Positions 44,344 through 54,279 of a DNA stretch of 64,000 nt are shown here, piece after piece. This DNA is from a virus (Duplodnaviria; Heunggongvirae; Uroviricota; Caudoviricetes). The position numbers and the translations under genes are program-made. The stretch lies in IMG/VR virus record IMGVR_UViG_3300042473_000506, one strand, 5' to 3'. Positions within the stretch are counted from its first letter, which is position 1; every line of letters begins with the position of its first letter. The notes under the pieces are model-generated. The model saw nothing but the letters and a program-made list of their open reading frames with translations. It was not told the origin of the DNA and did not search any database.

Positions 44344-44373
44344 ATTATACAACAGGATTGCCTTGACTGTCAA
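44344..44373 (-). promoter_or_regulatory. sigma70 promoter of tmRNA
   Basis: TTGACA-18-TATAAT. Confidence 0.75.
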
Positions 44374-44836
44374 GTTCCATCCAAGTATGATCACCCATAT
44401 ATTTTACGTGAGCAATATATTCATAATCTTCAGGAGCACTACTTGACCATCCATCCGGTCCCTGAAACACTAACAATGTTTTTGATTTCCTCTTGTCCCA
44501 AGTTAACCAGTATGATTGTCCTAGCACAGGGCTGAATTGATATTCAGCGGCATGTACTGCGTCAGTTATTTCTAACCGTCGTTTGATCTGCTGGGCTTGT
44601 GTTTCAAGTACAGATACTAACTGCATAATCCGATCATATTCTTGCTGGGCATATATCCTAGCATGGTTGATCATGATATCTTTTTGCTTAGTTACGGGAA
44701 CTAGGTCAAATTTGATACCGCCTGCTTCTGTGGGATATTCACTGACGTTTCTATTGAAGAACGGAATTAACGAACCAGTAGATGTAGAATCATAACTGGT
44801 TCTTCCTTTGGCAAGATTTGAACGTTCATCAGCCAA
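44345..44836 (-). CDS. Hypothetical (DUF2452-like)
   Basis: AEYQFSPVLGQSY.L. Confidence 0.65.
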   Translation of the reverse strand: MADERSNLAKGRTSYDSTSTGSLIPFFNRNVSEYPTEAGGIKFDLVPVTKQKDIMINHARIYAQQEYDRIMQLVSVLETQAQQIKRRLEITDAVHAAEYQFSPVLGQSYWLTWDKRKSKTLLVFQGPDGWSSSAPEDYEYIAHVKYMGDHTWMELDSQGNPVV

Positions 44837-44975
44837 TTCGGGTCCAGTTTAACACGTTACCTGAACCGTACTGTGCTTCTGCAAGCATCTTGGCCTGCAG
44901 GTCATCGTTAGCATTTACGCGAACGTGTGCGGTTTGATATGCGTTAAGTCGGATCCAAACTTCGTATGTGTACAT
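44829..44975 (-). CDS. Hypothetical 48 aa
   Basis: MYTYEVW..., coupled to cspA stop. Confidence 0.6.
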   Translation of the reverse strand: MYTYEVWIRLNAYQTAHVRVNANDDLQAKMLAEAQYGSGNVLNWTRIG

Positions 44976-44976
44976 T

Positions 44977-45186
44977 TTAAACTTTCTTAGTTGATCGAAT
45001 ATTTTGAGCTTGCTTACCTTTGTCACCTTCAGTTAGATCAAATTCTACTTCTTGTCCAACTGCCAGTGTCTTATATCCTTCCATTTGGATTTGACTAAAG
45101 TGTGCAAACACATCATCAGTTGTACCATCTGGAACGATAAATCCAAAACCTTTTGAATTATTAAACCATTTAACTTTTCCCTGCAT
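44977..45186 (-). CDS. cspA: Cold-shock protein
   Basis: GKVKWFN, KGFGFI, VFAHFS. Confidence 0.95.
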   Translation of the reverse strand: MQGKVKWFNNSKGFGFIVPDGTTDDVFAHFSQIQMEGYKTLAVGQEVEFDLTEGDKGKQAQNIRSTKKV

Positions 45187-45206
45187 ACTGCTTCCTACTT
45201 GTTTAT

Positions 45207-45235
45207 ATTATACTGTGATTTTACCAGTTTGTCAA
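45207..45235 (-). promoter_or_regulatory. sigma70 promoter
   Basis: TTGACA-17-TATAAT exact. Confidence 0.88.
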
Positions 45236-45239
45236 CCGA

Positions 45240-46067
45240 TTATTTGGTAATTCTCCAGCAACTTACCCAACTTGGATTACTTGCCGCTGTACCACCCGGG
45301 TATGAAATTGTAACATCGCCATCATTTGGATTATTACTTGCTTTTGGACTTTGATTCCCGCCAACAAAAGTAAACTTTCCATTGTTAGCCGTGTAGACAA
45401 AGTTTACGTGCCTATAACTCCAAAATGCAATATCACCTGGCTGTGCTTGATCTTTAGGTACCTGCACTGCACCCCAACGTTCGGGTGTGGTTGTTATTGC
45501 GGCTGCACTTGCAGTCTGGACATATTTGTATCCTGAACACTTTAATCCAAAGTTTATGAAACCCATGCACCATGCAGTTTGATCACTGACCCACGGTCCT
45601 GAATTAGGGTATCCTAGATTGGACCATATACCTGTAATATTTTTATTACTAACGCCTCCGGCCTGACCAGTTTCTCTCCACATACCTCGACCTGCTTCTT
45701 CCATAGTGCGTTGCAAGAACGGAACGATATCGGATGCTGAAGTCGATGTGCTAACTGTACCTGTATTGAATGTTTGGTCTTCAATAGGTGCGTAATTTCC
45801 TTTTACTCCGTCAACTGCTGCCTCTGGAGTATAATATTGATTTTGTCCGGAAGGGTTTGCTATCTGCGCCGCAACAAGATCGTTTGTCTGAGTTGCAATA
45901 GCAACTTCTACATCAGGCGGAATTGTTATTGCACTAGATGCACTTACACCTGCAAAGGCAGAACTGCCCCCGGGTGCAAGCCACAAGGCGACAGGAACAT
46001 TGTTTACATACACATTTCCGCTGCGATATACATCGCTAATTCTACCACCACCAGGAATATAAGGCAT
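45240..46067 (-). CDS. TIGR02594-like NlpC/P60 peptidoglycan hydrolase
   Basis: TAWCMGF, PGDI..W, HVNFV, GGNQS. Confidence 0.8.
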   Translation of the reverse strand: MPYIPGGGRISDVYRSGNVYVNNVPVALWLAPGGSSAFAGVSASSAITIPPDVEVAIATQTNDLVAAQIANPSGQNQYYTPEAAVDGVKGNYAPIEDQTFNTGTVSTSTSASDIVPFLQRTMEEAGRGMWRETGQAGGVSNKNITGIWSNLGYPNSGPWVSDQTAWCMGFINFGLKCSGYKYVQTASAAAITTTPERWGAVQVPKDQAQPGDIAFWSYRHVNFVYTANNGKFTFVGGNQSPKASNNPNDGDVTISYPGGTAASNPSWVSCWRITK

Positions 46068-46076
46068 AAGTTTAGT

Positions 46077-46544
46077 TTACAATGGAATAGCGGTACCGGT
46101 TATCTTATACCAGTTACCGTTAAAATAAAATGCAGGCTTACTATTATCATTGGATACAGCACCTATCATACCGTTATCTGGATCAATGCTAATAGGGGTA
46201 TCTACAATGACAATGTTTTGAGTTACGGCTAATACTGCGCCCGAAGTGTTATTTTCTCTTAATTGGACGATGAAAAATTCTGGACCTTCAGGTGGTGTAG
46301 TAGTGTTTGTCGACATTGTTTTGGTAAAGGTAACTACACCGGATAATAAACTATCCGGTAATGTAATGTCTCCCCAAAGCCCAAAAACATCAGAAAAGTC
46401 TGTTGCATTAGCAAATGTACTGGTTCCTGATTTAATAGTAACACCGTATGTACTAGTAGAACCGTCAGTTACATCAACCGTAAAAACAACACTGCCGCCT
46501 TCATCGACTTCTATAATGTCCGGGGTAATAGAATATATCGCCAT
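46077..46544 (-). CDS. Calx-beta-like virion protein
   Basis: VDEGGSVVFTV, EGPEFF.V.L. Confidence 0.55.
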   Translation of the reverse strand: MAIYSITPDIIEVDEGGSVVFTVDVTDGSTSTYGVTIKSGTSTFANATDFSDVFGLWGDITLPDSLLSGVVTFTKTMSTNTTTPPEGPEFFIVQLRENNTSGAVLAVTQNIVIVDTPISIDPDNGMIGAVSNDNSKPAFYFNGNWYKITGTAIPL

Positions 46545-46565
46545 ATTGATCTCTTAAACTAGTAT

Positions 46566-46853
46566 TTAAGCCATTGCTATACCAGTAGTACCTTGCATAT
46601 ATTGATCTGCGGCTTCCTTTTGACTAGGTACCATACAAAATACGTGTGCTTTTTGTAATGTGATTATATTTTTTGCACCCAAGAACAACCAAGGAATCAT
46701 TCCTAATCCTTGTGCATTCATAGTCAATGCTTTTGGTCTGTCTAATTTAATCTCAGTGGCTGTTTCGCCTTCAAAACGTGCGATAATTTCGTCACCGTTT
46801 AATAATTTAAGACTTACTACATCTCCTGTAGCGATTTGTTTTTCTAATAACAT
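46566..46853 (-). CDS. Conserved phage hypothetical (Sm-like?)
   Basis: GDVVSLKL.NG.EIIAR. Confidence 0.65.
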   Translation of the reverse strand: MLLEKQIATGDVVSLKLLNGDEIIARFEGETATEIKLDRPKALTMNAQGLGMIPWLFLGAKNIITLQKAHVFCMVPSQKEAADQYMQGTTGIAMA

Positions 46854-46856
46854 GTT

Positions 46857-47015
46857 TTATCCTTTTCGTTGTGCTAAAATGTTTATGTCTTGTTTACGTC
46901 GGGCGTTTTCTCTTTCTATAAAAGAGACACGCTGATTTAATTCTTTAACCTGCTGAGTTAGCCTAGCAAGTTGCTGCTCAAGTGCAGCTATCTTTTGATC
47001 TTTAGGATCCGTCAT
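46857..47015 (-). CDS. 52-aa coiled-coil protein
   Basis: MTDPKDQKIAALEQQLARL...; fills the gap between genes. Confidence 0.6.
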   Translation of the reverse strand: MTDPKDQKIAALEQQLARLTQQVKELNQRVSFIERENARRKQDINILAQRKG

Positions 47016-47448
47016 CTTTCTTCTCAGGTATCTCGCACAGTGCTTCTAGAGTTTTATAATGCTGGTATGCTTTCTGGAGTGCCTCAAAGTGCTCTAACTT
47101 GGCCGGATCCGGAGTTAGGATAGCCAGTCTCTTTTCAATAGTAGTTAACAGTTCTCCAAGGCTTCGGCCCTTCCATTTAATGTCGCCATCAAACTTAGCA
47201 TCGCTAGTAACGTGTAGCCCTGCGTGTGACATGCTTGCTACGCTGGAATTAGCAGTTGTAAAAACATAAGGGTTAGTTGCCCATGTTCCGTTACCCCCTG
47301 CTCCAGTAGATACATAATAAGATCCCGAAGCTCCTGTTGCACCAGTTGATGAAAAAGAGTAGTTCATCGTATTGCTAATGTCTATTGACATGGTATTGTC
47401 GAGTGGATCATCTAAAGAGATGGATAGTTCATCATCACTATTAGCCAT
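47002..47448 (-). CDS. Hypothetical
   Basis: Coupled ORF. Confidence 0.7.
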   Translation of the reverse strand: MANSDDELSISLDDPLDNTMSIDISNTMNYSFSSTGATGASGSYYVSTGAGGNGTWATNPYVFTTANSSVASMSHAGLHVTSDAKFDGDIKWKGRSLGELLTTIEKRLAILTPDPAKLEHFEALQKAYQHYKTLEALCEIPEKKDDGS

Positions 47449-47665
47449 TTAGTTTTGCCTTTAGTTCGGTGAAGCCGCCAACTAGCTCCCCATCTAAAAA
47501 GATTTGGGGAACTGCTCTAGCTGTTGGTACAGCTTCTAATAATTCTTCTTTGGTATAACCATCACCTATTTTCTTTTCTTCAAAGGCAATGCCTTTCTGT
47601 TTTAGTAATGCCTTTGCTTGATCGCAGTAGGGGCAATGGTACTTAGACCACACAATCGCTTTCAT
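47441..47665 (-). CDS. Glutaredoxin
   Basis: CPYC, VPQIF, VGGF.EL. Confidence 0.93.
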   Translation of the reverse strand: MKAIVWSKYHCPYCDQAKALLKQKGIAFEEKKIGDGYTKEELLEAVPTARAVPQIFLDGELVGGFTELKAKLNG

Positions 47666-47690
47666 TTTATATTTCCTTTAAACTGATAAT

Positions 47691-48017
47691 TCATACTCTA
47701 AAACTTTCACCGCATCCACATCGGTCACGTTCGTTAGGATTCTTAAATTCAAATCCTTCATTAAGTCCGTTGCGTACCCAGTGTACTTCCAATCCATTAA
47801 CATACGGATAAGATTTTCCATCTACCCAAACTTTAACACCGTTGCTTTCGTAGACAAATTGATCGCGAGTTACTGGAACATGATCTACAAATTCTAACGT
47901 ATAAGCCAAGCCAGAACACCCTGTGGTTTTTACACCGATACGTATCCCTAGCCCTTTGCCTCTTCGTTCTAGATGTTTCTTAACTTTAGCGGCAGCTTGT
48001 TCCATTAATGTTATCAT
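47691..48017 (-). CDS. iscA: Fe-S carrier IscA
   Basis: TTGCSG, NPN....CGCGESF. Confidence 0.93.
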   Translation of the reverse strand: MITLMEQAAAKVKKHLERRGKGLGIRIGVKTTGCSGLAYTLEFVDHVPVTRDQFVYESNGVKVWVDGKSYPYVNGLEVHWVRNGLNEGFEFKNPNERDRCGCGESFRV

Positions 48018-48392
48018 TTAATGTTTTTTACGATAATCTTCAACAGCAGCTTTAATAGCATCTTCAGCCAATATACTGCAATGTATCTTAACGGGCGGTA
48101 GTGCTAATTCTTCAGCAATCTGGCTATTACGAATGTTACTAGCATCATCCACATGCATTCCTTTAACCATCTCAGTGACAAGACTGGAGCTGGCGATTGC
48201 TGAACCACATCCATATGTCTTGAAACGAGCATCTCTAATAATACCATTTTCATCTACCTTTATCTGTAATTTCATTACGTCACCGCAAGCAGGTGCACCG
48301 ACCATGCCTGTACCTACAGTGTCGTCTATTTCAAACTTACCTACATTACGAGGGTTTTCGTAATGGTCAATTACTTTATTTGAGTATGCCAT
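48018..48392 (-). CDS. iscU: Fe-S scaffold IscU
   Basis: DHYENPRNVG, PACGD, GCGSAIA, KIHCS. Confidence 0.95.
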   Translation of the reverse strand: MAYSNKVIDHYENPRNVGKFEIDDTVGTGMVGAPACGDVMKLQIKVDENGIIRDARFKTYGCGSAIASSSLVTEMVKGMHVDDASNIRNSQIAEELALPPVKIHCSILAEDAIKAAVEDYRKKH

Positions 48393-48396
48393 AGTT

Positions 48397-49497
48397 TTAT
48401 AAATCCGGTAATTCGTCGTAACTAACTGCATCACTCATAACACCGATGACATAGTTAGTACTTTCGTTTTCTTGCAAGGCGGTCTGTTTCTTATTGATAT
48501 TAACGTGTTTGTTGAACCAAGGGATAGGACTAAACTTAGGATGCTCTCCTTGATACTTAATACCAATTTCCTTTAAACGCACAAACGCAGTGTAGTCAAC
48601 AAAGTCAGACAGGATAGTAGCATTAAGGCCAATAACTGGTCCTAGCTTGAACAAATAATCTGCCCACTCTTTTTCTTCTCGGATGACATCCATATAGAGG
48701 GTATAGACTTCTTCTGCACATTCTTCTTCAAGTTTTACAAAGTCTGTATCATCTTTAGTCACGTTGTTGATCAGCCAGGCAGTCCATTCTGTATGTAACA
48801 ACTCATCTTGTAGAATCAAACTGATGATGTTACCGTTGCCAATATAGATCTTATTCTCTACCATTGCTAGACTTGTGGCAAAACTTACCATGAAGCGTAG
48901 AGCCTCCAATGCATATGATGCGTGTAAGGCCAACCATATGGCTCGCTTATGAGTATGGAGTTCAATTTCCTCGCCCAACTCTTTACGACAGTTGAGCTGA
49001 TGAAGATCCTCATAGTAGCGACCAATGTTAGCAGCCATGCCAACAATTTCAGCCGTGTCGTGAATCTTGTTAAATTCTTCTTTAGGTACGCCATAGACAT
49101 TACGAATAATGTGACTGTAAGATTTTGAGTGAATATTTGTTTCAAAGAAACTCCAATTGCTTACTAATGCTTCTAGTTCAGGAATACTGATAACAGGTTG
49201 AAATACTTGATTAGGTGCGCGACCTTGAATACTATCTAATGCTGTCTGACGCAGTAAGTTACTAGTAAAAATATGCTTAACTGCATCACTTGCATCCTTG
49301 TGATCCATCTTGTCTTTAGTAAGACTGATCTCTTCTGGGACCCAAAAGAATCCACGAGCAAGTTCTTCGTACTTGGTAATCTTAGGGTACTTGACTTCTT
49401 CAAAGCGTTGCACAGTAACTGGACCAGCTGGATCCAGAAACATTGTACGTTTTAGATAGTTTGTTTGTTTTGATAGATTGTATTGTTCTTTGCTCAT
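48397..49497 (-). CDS. nrdB: Ribonucleotide reductase class Ia beta subunit
   Basis: FFWVPEE, DSIQGR, ETNIHSKSY, EALRF, DE.LH. Confidence 0.95.
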   Translation of the reverse strand: MSKEQYNLSKQTNYLKRTMFLDPAGPVTVQRFEEVKYPKITKYEELARGFFWVPEEISLTKDKMDHKDASDAVKHIFTSNLLRQTALDSIQGRAPNQVFQPVISIPELEALVSNWSFFETNIHSKSYSHIIRNVYGVPKEEFNKIHDTAEIVGMAANIGRYYEDLHQLNCRKELGEEIELHTHKRAIWLALHASYALEALRFMVSFATSLAMVENKIYIGNGNIISLILQDELLHTEWTAWLINNVTKDDTDFVKLEEECAEEVYTLYMDVIREEKEWADYLFKLGPVIGLNATILSDFVDYTAFVRLKEIGIKYQGEHPKFSPIPWFNKHVNINKKQTALQENESTNYVIGVMSDAVSYDELPDL

Positions 49498-49509
49498 GTG
49501 TGGTTCTCT

Positions 49510-51840
49510 TTATAATTTACAGGCTTCGCAATCATCATCGTACAATACTACATTATCTGCGGCATTGATTGCAATGGGGATAGATATGTTAGTGTTTGTT
49601 ACATCTGCCTTTGCACCCATTTTATTAATTAAACTGTAATAGATTGTCTTAATGCCCCATTTGTAGGCTAACATTAAATTTTTAGCAATTAATGTACCCG
49701 GCACTTTTCCTCCAGCAAAATGTGCCGGGTTGTAGAATGTATTAGTGCTCAGGCTTTGATCAATGTAGGCAGCAAGCACAGCACTGGTCTTCAAATAGTC
49801 AACACAGTCCTTCTGATCCCACATCAACTGATAACGATTCTTTAGACGTTTGTACTCTGGCACGACTTGTACAAACGATCCAGCTTTCGATTCCTTTACA
49901 GAAATCAATTCCATCGGCATTTCAATTCCGTTGGTAGAGTTTAACACAACTGAACTGGACTCTACTGGTGCCACGGCCATTAAGGTAGCATTACGAATAC
50001 CGTACTTGATCATTCTTTCACGTAATGGTTCCCAATCCATACTAGGAGTAAAGTCAGTTAATTCGTTAACTCCAGGTTTACGACGCTCCCAGGGAAACAC
50101 TCCCTTACCATAGTAAGTGTACTGACTACGTCCGCATGGGCCACGTTCTTGGGCAAGCTCGACACTCATTTCGGTTAGGTAGTATGCTTGGTGTTCCGTC
50201 CAACGCTTAACTTCAGCTAATGCTTCATCGGTCCCGTATTTGAAACTTTTACGTGCATGCCAGTAAGCAAGATTAGTAATGCCAACTCCAAGTGGTTCGA
50301 AGTCTTGATTAGCGAGTTTACTTTGTACACTTAAAAAATCTTGATATTGTAGTAAATTACTTAAACTTCGGACCAGCACACGACAGGCTTTTCTCATCTC
50401 TTGTGGGTTACGGAACGCTCCCCAGTTGATGCTGCCAAGAGTGCAAAGAGCAATTCGTCCCTCTGGATCTTCAATTCTCTGGAAAGGGCGGGTGGGTAAA
50501 AGTATCTCCTGGCATAAGTTTGATTGATATATTGGATCCAAGGTTGTATCAAATGGACCCTGGTTAATAACGTTGTCGATATTGACAAGATATATACGCC
50601 CCGTATCAGTTCGCTCTTTAAGGATTCCATTTTTGAATATCTCATCCGCTGATACAACTTTCTTTTTCTTTGTCTTATCTTGTTCATATTGTAGATACAA
50701 CTTTTCAAATTCTGCTGAGTCTCTGTAGTAGGCTTCGTATAGATCCGGAACTTCTGCTGGATCAAACAAACTCATTGTTTCGCCACGCTTATACCGATTC
50801 CAGAACATAGCATTAACAACAACACTATAGTCCATTTGGCGTACCCGCACTTCCTCGGTACCTTGGTTGTTCTTTAGAACAATAAGGTCCTCAAACTGAT
50901 AATGCCAGATGGGAAAAGTTACTGTACAGCTAGCATTACGAATACCGCCTTGACTGCAACTGCGAAGGTCTGCAAACCATTTCTTTAAGAATGGTATCAT
51001 ACCCGTATGCTTGATCTCACCGTTGCGAATAGGGGCCCCTAAGGGGCGGATTCTGCCAATTTCGAGACCAATTCCGGCTCGTTTTGAAGCATATTTGGCC
51101 ATCATTTCGCCTGCGGCAAAGATCGAATCAAGAGTATCATCACTACTAATAAGTACGCAACTACTGAATTGTTTAGTTGTGGTGCCAAGGCCAGCAAGGA
51201 CAGGGGTAGCTAAAGTAAAGTGGCCATCACTTGCACACTCATAATATTCCTTTACTAATTTTAGTCTTTTATCCTTAGATTCATTGTGAAAAGCTGTTGC
51301 GGCGGCAATAGCATAACGAACCTGAGGAGTTTCATAGATTATACCTGTAGCACGATTTTGTACTAGATACTTTTCAGCCAATTGTGCCACGGCTGCATAG
51401 GTATAGTTTTCATCTTTGCTATGATCAATGAATAGGTCAATAATATCCCATTCTTCTTGTGTATACCATTCTAGCAGATCACTAGTATACATACCTAGCT
51501 CTACATTCTTTTTAACAATGCTGTATAGTTTAGGAGGATCATACTCTCCGTATACTTCTTTACGTAACATACTGACTTTTTGCCTGCCAGCTACCTGTTG
51601 ATAGTTTACATTATTAATTTCTGGATTTTCTGTTTCGTCGATCAAGTCGACCATTGCTTTTAACAGTAGTTCGTCGATGGTTTTAGTGGTCATTCCGTCG
51701 TGTAGTTCAATCTGTGCCTTGATCTCAATCATGGATGGACTTACTCCATCTATACCTCTACACGAATATGCTACCTGTCTTTGTATCTTTGCTATGTCTA
51801 AGGGGACACGATTCCCATTACGTTTAACCACTGTAATCAT
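49510..51840 (-). CDS. nrdA: Ribonucleotide reductase class Ia alpha subunit with ATP cone
   Basis: VVKRNG, FSSC, QSNLCQE, P.ESSS, C-terminal CEACKL. Confidence 0.95.
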   Translation of the reverse strand: MITVVKRNGNRVPLDIAKIQRQVAYSCRGIDGVSPSMIEIKAQIELHDGMTTKTIDELLLKAMVDLIDETENPEINNVNYQQVAGRQKVSMLRKEVYGEYDPPKLYSIVKKNVELGMYTSDLLEWYTQEEWDIIDLFIDHSKDENYTYAAVAQLAEKYLVQNRATGIIYETPQVRYAIAAATAFHNESKDKRLKLVKEYYECASDGHFTLATPVLAGLGTTTKQFSSCVLISSDDTLDSIFAAGEMMAKYASKRAGIGLEIGRIRPLGAPIRNGEIKHTGMIPFLKKWFADLRSCSQGGIRNASCTVTFPIWHYQFEDLIVLKNNQGTEEVRVRQMDYSVVVNAMFWNRYKRGETMSLFDPAEVPDLYEAYYRDSAEFEKLYLQYEQDKTKKKKVVSADEIFKNGILKERTDTGRIYLVNIDNVINQGPFDTTLDPIYQSNLCQEILLPTRPFQRIEDPEGRIALCTLGSINWGAFRNPQEMRKACRVLVRSLSNLLQYQDFLSVQSKLANQDFEPLGVGITNLAYWHARKSFKYGTDEALAEVKRWTEHQAYYLTEMSVELAQERGPCGRSQYTYYGKGVFPWERRKPGVNELTDFTPSMDWEPLRERMIKYGIRNATLMAVAPVESSSVVLNSTNGIEMPMELISVKESKAGSFVQVVPEYKRLKNRYQLMWDQKDCVDYLKTSAVLAAYIDQSLSTNTFYNPAHFAGGKVPGTLIAKNLMLAYKWGIKTIYYSLINKMGAKADVTNTNISIPIAINAADNVVLYDDDCEACKL

Positions 51841-51875
51841 GAGGTACTTCCTTTATTTTTCTTCTAAGCTGGTAT

Positions 51876-52310
51876 TTACCTGGGGGCAGTAACTTCAACT
51901 AGATTTTCTATCTTAAATGACCCGTTGACTTTATCAACTGGTACAGGTCCGTTGTCGTCATAATTGACAACCCACTTATCATCAATATAAACTAAATTAT
52001 ACTCTCTCGTTTGGTTGTTGTCTACTAAAGTGCGGACTTCAATGTTACTATCCTTAAATTTTTTTGTCAATTTAAGCGTCCAGCTAATCATTAGTGCTTT
52101 GGTAAAATCGTCGTAGACGTTTTCTACAATAATTTCCCAAGGACTGGGCCAGCTTTGTTGATAGTAAGGATCAATTGATCTATTATATGGTATGAAGGGG
52201 GCATGGTGCCAAAAATCCCAAACTACCTGTAAGGGATTCTCAACCTCGTCTAATTTCCTTCTATGATTTGTCCACTCTGTTAATCTGTCATCTACAGGTT
52301 GGTTAAACAT
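51876..52310 (-). CDS. Hypothetical
   Basis: ORF. Confidence 0.7.
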   Translation of the reverse strand: MFNQPVDDRLTEWTNHRRKLDEVENPLQVVWDFWHHAPFIPYNRSIDPYYQQSWPSPWEIIVENVYDDFTKALMISWTLKLTKKFKDSNIEVRTLVDNNQTREYNLVYIDDKWVVNYDDNGPVPVDKVNGSFKIENLVEVTAPR

Positions 52311-52317
52311 ATTTTCC

Positions 52318-54249
52318 TTACAGCATTAATTTATTTTGGAATTCAAGAACTACGGGAACTGTTATAACAGGACCAAAATTTGTGTCTGTATTTAAACTTG
52401 CACTAATTTCGTAATAGCTTCCTGTATTATTTACGCTGACAAAGAACGCTAGGCCACCGTCTGAATTAATAAAGTTGTAATCGTCAGTGACCAATACATT
52501 AGGGTTTGCACTATCTTGTAGGTAAACACCTAGGTTACCCATTCTATCTAACTGTGAAGCAAAAGCTAAAATGTCAGTTGCCGCCAATGTAACAGTATTT
52601 GAAAATGTGATCGTATTTGTATCATAATCAACCGCATCAATTACTGTATTAGGTGGAATAACTGAAGTTACTGTAGAAGCTACAAGAATTTCAACGGTAG
52701 AAAACTCTAACACTGAAGTAGTATCATTTATAGTAGCAGTGGTTCCGTTTATTGTGCCAATAATAACAGTAGCAGTACTTGCTCCTGCATTTTGTCTAAA
52801 TGCACTGTACTTAATACCTAAATGTTGACTGTTGCCTGTAATAGGTAATCTTAAGAAGGTAGTTGCAGTGTTGCCAGGATAGATAGTTGCAGTGGTAACA
52901 AATACTTCGTCTAGTGTAGTTCTTCCGTCAACTAGAGGTCTATAATATGTAGTTAAAGGAGTGTTGATATATTGCTTATGAACAAGTGCTCGTCTAAAAT
53001 GATCATTGATGCTGGAGTTTTGATCAGATAAGAAACTAATAACCGCGCTGGCGGTTGATCCTATGTCACCGTATTCGTCATCGTGTCGTATGCCAACTCT
53101 TTCAAAAAAGTTGTTCTGACTTATTACATAACTACCTGTGTTAGAACCATTACTACCTACGTAAATAGCTTCTCGTTCTATAACATCAAATCTGTTGTTG
53201 GCAATTTTTACAAAGGTAGGTCCAACTAAGGCTGTTCCGTCTTTAGGATCATTAAATGTTACGCCTCTTACCAATGTATTAAATTCTGAGTTTTGAATCG
53301 TAATTGTTTTAATATCATGATTAGATATAACTCCAGAATAAAGACCATCAAAGGAACAATTGTCAATAATAGAATTAGCATGTGTTCCGTTTTCTGTCTT
53401 ACCTCGTAGGTTTAATCCTACGTAACCTGATGTAGTTAATACTCCAGTTCCCGTTGTGTGATTGCCTTTAAACTCTACATTCCTAATTAACGAGTTGTCG
53501 GCACAGTCAAGACTTAACAAACTCATTGCTGATGTAACAGTTGTAGCTGTATTATACTGTAATGTAAGATCACTCATTTGAATGAATCTTGCAGTACCTG
53601 TAGTTACAAAACCACCTGAGTCGAATGTAAGTGGGTTAAGGCCACTGACGGACCGACTATCCATTGTTTTAATCATAGCAGATGTATTCGTTGTCAAAAC
53701 AAATACAGTCTTTCCAATACCATCACCTATAATATTAGTATAAGCAGGAATATAAACAGTTCCTGTTATGTAATATGTACCGGCTGGAAAATACAACTTT
53801 TTAGCCGGATCAATATTGTACTTTGCATTATTTAAAAACAGCCTATCAATAGTAAATTGTAACCTATCTAGATCCCAATCATTACCATTGCCGTAAACTC
53901 CAAAATCTCTTACACTAACAATATCATCTAATTTATCTTGTATAGTTCGATCCCATTCGGCACCACCATACTCAGTAATACCGTCAATTCCTGCCACAGC
54001 AGAAGCCGAACCTTCTCTATAGATATAAGTTGATGTTGTGAAACTAACTTGGAAGAAGTTCTTCAGATGATTTTCTGTTAGAATTTCTACATTTGCGTCA
54101 CGTGACCCACCGTCATCTCTTCTTAAGCCGACGAACAGACGTTCTGTATCAGCAGCCCAAGCAAATTCGCCACCTGCAAGTGCAGGTATTCCTGTTTGAT
54201 TTTCTTGTCCTCTTCGGACCTGGATTTTTGCAATCTCGATGACAGCCAT
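52318..54249 (-). CDS. Virion structural protein with beta-helix (pectate-lyase-like) domain
   Basis: KIQVRRG, VSVRDFGV.G.G, LYFPAGTY. Confidence 0.7.
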   Translation of the reverse strand: MAVIEIAKIQVRRGQENQTGIPALAGGEFAWAADTERLFVGLRRDDGGSRDANVEILTENHLKNFFQVSFTTSTYIYREGSASAVAGIDGITEYGGAEWDRTIQDKLDDIVSVRDFGVYGNGNDWDLDRLQFTIDRLFLNNAKYNIDPAKKLYFPAGTYYITGTVYIPAYTNIIGDGIGKTVFVLTTNTSAMIKTMDSRSVSGLNPLTFDSGGFVTTGTARFIQMSDLTLQYNTATTVTSAMSLLSLDCADNSLIRNVEFKGNHTTGTGVLTTSGYVGLNLRGKTENGTHANSIIDNCSFDGLYSGVISNHDIKTITIQNSEFNTLVRGVTFNDPKDGTALVGPTFVKIANNRFDVIEREAIYVGSNGSNTGSYVISQNNFFERVGIRHDDEYGDIGSTASAVISFLSDQNSSINDHFRRALVHKQYINTPLTTYYRPLVDGRTTLDEVFVTTATIYPGNTATTFLRLPITGNSQHLGIKYSAFRQNAGASTATVIIGTINGTTATINDTTSVLEFSTVEILVASTVTSVIPPNTVIDAVDYDTNTITFSNTVTLAATDILAFASQLDRMGNLGVYLQDSANPNVLVTDDYNFINSDGGLAFFVSVNNTGSYYEISASLNTDTNFGPVITVPVVLEFQNKLML

Positions 54250-54279
54250 AAAAAATATCCCCGTTATGGGATATTTATC

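Noticed and set aside
48397-51840. Intron/intein in nrdA or nrdB
   Set aside because: Both ORFs are continuous and of normal class Ia length.
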